Virus record (IMG/VR): IMGVR_UViG_3300032561_000021
Coordinates: 1 to 62,191 of that record
Reading direction: 5' to 3' (one strand)
Length of the DNA stretch: 62,191 nucleotides
DNA from: a virus
Taxonomy: Duplodnaviria; Caudoviricetes
The first letter of the stretch is position 1; the number at the start of each line of letters is the position of its first letter. This document shows positions 57,009 through 62,191 of this stretch, one piece after another. The notes under the pieces were generated by a model. That model did no database searches. It was not told the origin of the DNA and saw nothing but the letters and a program-made list of their open reading frames with translations. The translations under genes and the position numbers were made by a program.

Positions 57009-58152
57009 GATATTCAGGCATAGCATTTTTAAGATTAGTAACTAGTTCGTTCCAACAGTCATCTAAGAATTCGTTACTATAAAATCTATTATAATTGTGA
57101 TCTAGTACTTCTTGCATATCAATTAACATGTCCTGCAATTCTTCTAAGCTATATGCACAGATCTTATTCATAGTATTACCAATTGCAGTCATGCGCTCAA
57201 TGGGATCTTCTATATCGTCATAACTTTCGTCGATCCACTTATCAAATGTTTTAAATCCATACTCACGTAGGTATTTTAAATTATGTGCAGGCCCTACTAA
57301 TACAAAAGGCATTTTACTTATAATAGGTTTAAATATTTTTTCTGTTAGATGGTGTTTACTTTCCCAGTAGCAGGTTTCAGTTACCAAGTAGCAAAAACTT
57401 TCTTGGGTTTCTTTTACTGCACTTAATACAAAACTATGATTTGGAATAAATGCTTGGTCTTGATAATCGATGCGTAATGGCAATGATATATTTGCAATAT
57501 TTGCTTCTGCTTCTGTAGCAAGTTCGGCCGTAATTAACTTGTTGGTAACTGCCAGTGCTAAGTTTTCTTGATATGTGCCACCATCGGGACATACATCATT
57601 ATAACTAACGTAACCTTGATCTAGTAGATCTCGTTTGCATAGTTCGTTAATCAGTATAGTACGATATACTCGTGTGCTACTGGTTAACCGATTAAACGAA
57701 ATATATTTTTTGGTTAATTTACGGTCTGCCGGCGCTACCAAGTCGGCACAATAGCGATACCCGCGGAACCAATCGTGTGCAGCAAATGCATGATGGAAGT
57801 AGTAGGCAGTTTCCCATTTGTATTTTTCTTTAAGTTTATCTAATGGTACACTATTTTTTTCGGTCGTAACAAGAACAAATGGGCCGGCATAGTTGTTTTG
57901 GATATAATCAAACAAGCCGTGATTATATTCACCATAAATTGGTTCTTGGTCGTAGAAGATAAACATTGGGTTATTGTATACTGTTTGAGCAGGATCAAAT
58001 GGGTCAAACGATGGGTGAACATCGTCGGATATGCGCTCTACATTCTCTGGTTGAGTTGAACCATAAGGTGTTAGGTAAATTAGCCGTCGATATGCTACAA
58101 TGTTTTTTAATTGCAGGAAAATGTTTTCGTAATGACTATGGATATTATACAT
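57001..58152 (-). CDS. glycosyltransferase-like protein (paralog of 47960)
   Basis: LVTET...HLTEKIFKPI...YGFKTF..WIDESYD. Confidence 0.55.
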   Translation of the reverse strand: MYNIHSHYENIFLQLKNIVAYRRLIYLTPYGSTQPENVERISDDVHPSFDPFDPAQTVYNNPMFIFYDQEPIYGEYNHGLFDYIQNNYAGPFVLVTTEKNSVPLDKLKEKYKWETAYYFHHAFAAHDWFRGYRYCADLVAPADRKLTKKYISFNRLTSSTRVYRTILINELCKRDLLDQGYVSYNDVCPDGGTYQENLALAVTNKLITAELATEAEANIANISLPLRIDYQDQAFIPNHSFVLSAVKETQESFCYLVTETCYWESKHHLTEKIFKPIISKMPFVLVGPAHNLKYLREYGFKTFDKWIDESYDDIEDPIERMTAIGNTMNKICAYSLEELQDMLIDMQEVLDHNYNRFYSNEFLDDCWNELVTNLKNAMPEYLR

Positions 58153-61100
58153 GTTTGATGTTTTTTATTGTGGACCAAAACCGGGCTTGTTTGCTTTTGA
58201 ACAACCTGCGACTAGCCTTGAGGATGCGGCCAGTAAGAGTAGAACAACATACTACTGGTATATTTATGGACTCAATGATTACACAGGATTTGATTTTGAT
58301 TATGTTCCTGTTCCGTGGCAAAGTCAATTTATTCATGTATGGCCCAATCAGTATCAACCCAACGGAGAAGTGTACCTAGCGCAAAAGACCAACAGTGGCG
58401 AGTTCCATTTCCATAGTGAACAAGGTGTGCATAGACTGCCGGACCCTACCTACTGGAATATTCCCAACACCGTGGATCCCGCAAGCATTGATTGGCGTTG
58501 GTGCCCGGACCCAGCAGATCCTCCTTACAATTATGTGTTTGGTAACCAATGGCATCCTGGCACAATAGATCCTACTGCTACGTATTGTATTCCTGGCGCT
58601 ACAGAATCTAAGTTCGTGCATGACTTTGTTGTAACTGTTAAGCCCAACATGGAACGATGGGAAATCCTAGACGATATCACTGGATTTGATTATAGTTGGA
58701 AACCAGATCCTACAGAGCCTCCTTACATTTATGTATTTGGTAATCAATGGCTAACTCCTGAACAACGTCCTGCACTACAATATCGGGTAGCTGGAGCCAC
58801 ACAATACAAATACCTAGATGAACCTAAAGCAACACGCATGGACCATCCTGGTAAGTTTAAGACACATTATCTCTGTGAGTTCGATTACTCGTGGGAGCCT
58901 GATCCCGGAAGCCCTCCTTACAATTATGTGTTTGGTAACCAGTGGTATCCTGGCGAAGTTATGCCCACGGTAGAATATCCCATGATAGGTGCAACAGAAA
59001 CCAAGTTCATGGATATACCTGCTAGGCTATTAGAGAAACATGATAATCACTGGCATACACTAGTAGATTGTGAGTTTGATTATAGTTGGCTACCAGATCC
59101 GGGCGATACACCTTACATATATGTGTTTGGTAACCAGTGGTACCCTGCAGAAGTAATGCCCACAGTAGAATATACTGTACCCGGGGCAACTGAACGCAAG
59201 TACATGGATGTAAATCCTGCTCGGCTAATAGCAGATATGTCTCTATGGACCGTCCCCGAGGAAATTGATCAAACTAATATAGACTTTACATGGTGTCCGC
59301 ATCCTAACGATGAACCCTACATACATCACTTTGGGTCAGACTATCAGATTAGTACCGGACTCATGTATACAGTCCCTGGTGCAACAGAGCCCAAGTTTGA
59401 AAGCGAGCCTCCTAAATTAGAAAAAGAAAAGACTGCGGTTACTGCGCTAGATATCTTCTTTATAGATAAGAATAACGCTACAGCACAGACCAGATTCGAA
59501 CTGTTAAAACAGAAGTATCCTAAAATACACAAGGTACGTTATGCCAACAACATAATGGATACTATCAGTCGTTGTGTTACCCGTGCAAAGACCAATAAGT
59601 TCTGGATCGTAAGTAGTGAATATAACTACACCAACTTTGATTTTGCATGGCATGCAGAACCCTGGCAAACCTACATGACTCATGTATTTCCAAGCCAACA
59701 TCAGAAGTGGTCCGATACATTCTTAATAAACAAATTTGAATTTAACAGACATACCAAGTGGGCAACTACCTTAGAACAATTTCCTAACTTGAACTTTGTA
59801 ACAGATCAAACTGTAAGCAAGCCGGATAACCTGCATAATATCTATTATGTTGATCACGGTAATCCTACTAGCCGTCACCAATATGAATACTTACGCACTC
59901 AGCACCCTGATATTGTCATGACACGTTTCGTAGACAATTATCTAGATACGTTTAAGCGTATTATGACAACAGCGGAAACGGAATACGTGTGGATTGTTAA
60001 CAGCGTATGCGATTACACCCAATTTGATTTTACATGGCAACCTGAGCCTTGGCAAAAAGAAATGATTCATGTATTCCCTAGCGGTATGGAAGATCGTGGA
60101 GACACATTCTATATACACGTAGAATCATTTAAGAAACAAATGATTGAATTAGACCTACTAGATTGGTTTAATGTTATCAATTATTGTCATGACCAAGTGG
60201 TGGAACGATTTGATGCACCTGTGCATTATTACGACACAGACGATCTTGTAACCGAAATTAAAAACTACAAGTTTGAAACTCCCTATGTGACATTTACAAA
60301 CCAAAAAGATATACAGATAGTAATTGCACCCTGCTTATGGACCAAGAAAGACCGCGTAGTTCAGCGGTTATCGCGTGCCGGAGCTACCTGTGTAGTACCA
60401 AGAGATATCAAGGCTGATTTGAAGACGCAAATCTACGATTACCCCTTCATTAGTGACAAGAAACCTATACTAAACGACTACTTTGGCAGCCGCAAAGTTG
60501 GTGGCCTAGACATAGTATACATTAGTAACGGCGAACCAGATGAAGAACGTTGGTACGATCATTTATGCTATCAAAGTAACCATTGGGCAAAATGGGTACG
60601 TGGTGTTAATGGGCGTACAGCCGCTTATCAAGAAGCTGCACGTCAAAGTTCAACACCCTGGTTCTTTGCGGTGTTTGCCAAGTTGGAAGTTTTGGGTAAT
60701 CAATTCCCCTGGTACGACTGGACTCCAGATTACTTCCAAGAGCCCAAACATTATATCTTCAACAGTCGTAACCCTGTAAATGGATTAGAGTATGGGCATC
60801 AGGGAGTAATTTGTTATAACAAGCGACTAGTGCTAGAAAACAATAACCCGGGCATTGACTTTACACTAAGTCAACCACACGAATCAGTTCCTATCCTAAG
60901 TGGCATAGCACACTATAATCAAAGTGAGTGGATGACATGGCGTACTGCGTTCCGCGAAGTAGTTAAGTTAAAACACTTTATGGCAACTGACCCTACCGTA
61001 GAAACAGAACATCGTTTACGTGTATGGTCAGATGAGAATTATCTTAAACATGCAGAATTTGCTGAGTGGAGTGTGCGTGGCGCACTAGATGCTATTGCTT

Positions 61101-61192
61101 ACTATGATGAAGTTGGTGGAGACTACGAGCGGTTAAAACTGAGTTTCGAATGGGCCTGGTTGGAACAACGTTTTAATTCAAGTAAGCGGTAA
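58151..61192 (+). CDS. multidomain repeat protein with several glycosyltransferase-like domains
   Basis: Five W.P.P...PY..FG repeats, three FDF..P.PWQ...HV(F/W)P domains, and a C-terminal domain homologous to 40826..41722. Confidence 0.65.
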   Translation: MFDVFYCGPKPGLFAFEQPATSLEDAASKSRTTYYWYIYGLNDYTGFDFDYVPVPWQSQFIHVWPNQYQPNGEVYLAQKTNSGEFHFHSEQGVHRLPDPTYWNIPNTVDPASIDWRWCPDPADPPYNYVFGNQWHPGTIDPTATYCIPGATESKFVHDFVVTVKPNMERWEILDDITGFDYSWKPDPTEPPYIYVFGNQWLTPEQRPALQYRVAGATQYKYLDEPKATRMDHPGKFKTHYLCEFDYSWEPDPGSPPYNYVFGNQWYPGEVMPTVEYPMIGATETKFMDIPARLLEKHDNHWHTLVDCEFDYSWLPDPGDTPYIYVFGNQWYPAEVMPTVEYTVPGATERKYMDVNPARLIADMSLWTVPEEIDQTNIDFTWCPHPNDEPYIHHFGSDYQISTGLMYTVPGATEPKFESEPPKLEKEKTAVTALDIFFIDKNNATAQTRFELLKQKYPKIHKVRYANNIMDTISRCVTRAKTNKFWIVSSEYNYTNFDFAWHAEPWQTYMTHVFPSQHQKWSDTFLINKFEFNRHTKWATTLEQFPNLNFVTDQTVSKPDNLHNIYYVDHGNPTSRHQYEYLRTQHPDIVMTRFVDNYLDTFKRIMTTAETEYVWIVNSVCDYTQFDFTWQPEPWQKEMIHVFPSGMEDRGDTFYIHVESFKKQMIELDLLDWFNVINYCHDQVVERFDAPVHYYDTDDLVTEIKNYKFETPYVTFTNQKDIQIVIAPCLWTKKDRVVQRLSRAGATCVVPRDIKADLKTQIYDYPFISDKKPILNDYFGSRKVGGLDIVYISNGEPDEERWYDHLCYQSNHWAKWVRGVNGRTAAYQEAARQSSTPWFFAVFAKLEVLGNQFPWYDWTPDYFQEPKHYIFNSRNPVNGLEYGHQGVICYNKRLVLENNNPGIDFTLSQPHESVPILSGIAHYNQSEWMTWRTAFREVVKLKHFMATDPTVETEHRLRVWSDENYLKHAEFAEWSVRGALDAIAYYDEVGGDYERLKLSFEWAWLEQRFNSSKR
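58487..59400 (+). repeat. five ~65-70-aa coding repeats
   Basis: Consensus FDYSWxPDPxxPPYxYVFGNQWxPxxxxPTVEYxxPGATExK, with recurring nucleotide block TATGTGTTTGGTAACCA. Confidence 0.85.
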
Positions 61193-62191
61193 TACTGTCA
61201 ACTACATGTTCTACTTCGTAGTTGGTCATTTCGGGATAGATCGGAAGGCTTAATGCTTCTTGTGCGTGAGCACTACTACCACGCATTAAATCTCGTGCGT
61301 AATCAATATAATCCCACCCCACTGGATGTTCAAATAAAGGTTGCTCGTAATGTATCTTAGTTTCGATACCTTTACTAGCTAAGTAACCTTGCATTTGACT
61401 ACGATTGCCTGTACGCATAACAAATTTGTGCCAGGCATGTTCTACATCTTGATTAGGCAACATAACATCTACCCAATCAGTTAAGTGTTCTGCATAGTAA
61501 TCGGCAATTTCTGCACGACGGCGTTGCCATGTATCAAAGTATTTTAACTTAACTAACATTTGAGCACAATCAGATTCTGACATCTTGCTGTTGGTTCCAG
61601 CAAAGTCGTGACCTGCAATCTTACCATTATCACGTAACGATAAACATGCTTGATAGATATCGTAATTGTCGGTTAATATCATGCCGCCTGATCCGTAATT
61701 GGGTAAGTTCTTTGTAGGATCAAAACTAAGCACACTAACATCGCCTAGTTTACCACTAGGGATACCGTTATATGTAGCACCAAAAGATTGTGCCGCATCT
61801 TCAATAATCATAACATCTTCATTAAAGAACTTGGTTACGTTTAGTAATCGATCGTAATCTAATACATTACCAAATATATTAACGTACATAACAGTATCAA
61901 CATTGCCATCTAATGCATAATCGATACTGTCAATATCTAATAGGGCATTGTGATCTACATCACAGTATACAGGTTTATTGCCAGCCATTAGTACAGAGTT
62001 AAGTGTAGCAATAAAACTAATACCCGGAATCATTATGTTTTCAAAGTTTTCGCTACGTGATGTAGCCATTTGGGCAAACACAAGAGCTTGTGTCCCGGAG
62101 TTAACTGCTACTGCATATTGACGCATACAACGTTGAGCTATATGTCGTTCAAACATCTGGGTATAAGGACCATCTAACACATGTCCGCTTA
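61173..62191 (-). CDS. DegT/DnrJ/EryC1/StrS PLP-dependent sugar aminotransferase (5'-truncated)
   Basis: NSGTQAL, IEDAAQSFGA, SFDPTKNL (PLP Lys), GGMILT, LSLPIYP. The frame stays open to the window edge (SGHVLDGP). Confidence 0.93.
   Translation of the reverse strand, partial: SGHVLDGPYTQMFERHIAQRCMRQYAVAVNSGTQALVFAQMATSRSENFENIMIPGISFIATLNSVLMAGNKPVYCDVDHNALLDIDSIDYALDGNVDTVMYVNIFGNVLDYDRLLNVTKFFNEDVMIIEDAAQSFGATYNGIPSGKLGDVSVLSFDPTKNLPNYGSGGMILTDNYDIYQACLSLRDNGKIAGHDFAGTNSKMSESDCAQMLVKLKYFDTWQRRRAEIADYYAEHLTDWVDVMLPNQDVEHAWHKFVMRTGNRSQMQGYLASKGIETKIHYEQPLFEHPVGWDYIDYARDLMRGSSAHAQEALSLPIYPEMTNYEVEHVVDSITAYLN

Noticed and set aside
58487-59400. Diversity-generating retroelement template/variable repeat pair
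   Set aside because: The repeats are in-frame protein repeats whose differences are not adenine-specific, and there is no reverse transcriptase in the window.
1-62191. Stop-codon reassignment
   Set aside because: Genes are full length in code 11, and TAA, TAG and TGA all end genes at tight junctions.
38569-62191. Bacterial chromosomal LPS/capsule or antibiotic locus (prophage boundary or chimeric assembly)
   Set aside because: Paralogs are interleaved with gp46/gp47, a phage late promoter and homing endonuclease lie inside it, and no transport, polymerase or housekeeping genes are present.

Overview
A 62-kb segment of a large, AT-rich, T4-superfamily-like myovirus genome in the standard genetic code. 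I saw no tRNA, rRNA or CRISPR array. (i) 1-7653: the end of a baseplate-assembly gene, then a ~520-nt ORF-free, hairpin-dense region that looks like a large structured ncRNA on the minus strand. It lies directly downstream of a minimal GIY-YIG nuclease that ends a minus-strand run of gp55 sigma, a small lipoprotein, gp47, an SGNH-like gene, gp46 and two radical SAM genes. (ii) 7771-38503: late structural genes (tube initiator, gp53, hub, gp5, lysozyme-like, gp25, gp6, a 3433-aa wedge, three paralogous fibres) behind T4-like TAAATA promoters. Within it a glycine-rich fibre domain is split across two genes by a polyproline/Gly-Asp tail and a three-gene cassette (chaperone-like, asparagine-synthetase-like ATPase, 2OG-Fe(II) oxygenase). 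(iii) 38569-62191: a ~24-kb tailoring cluster with six radical SAM enzymes, several glycosyltransferase-like and SGNH-like proteins, a carbamoyltransferase, an APS-kinase-like and a nucleotidyltransferase-like enzyme, a DegT aminotransferase and a free-standing homing endonuclease. The best candidates for an undescribed system are the GIY-YIG plus structured RNA pair, the split-fibre modification cassette and the radical-SAM/glycan cluster. All family calls come from motifs recognised by eye; no searches were run.
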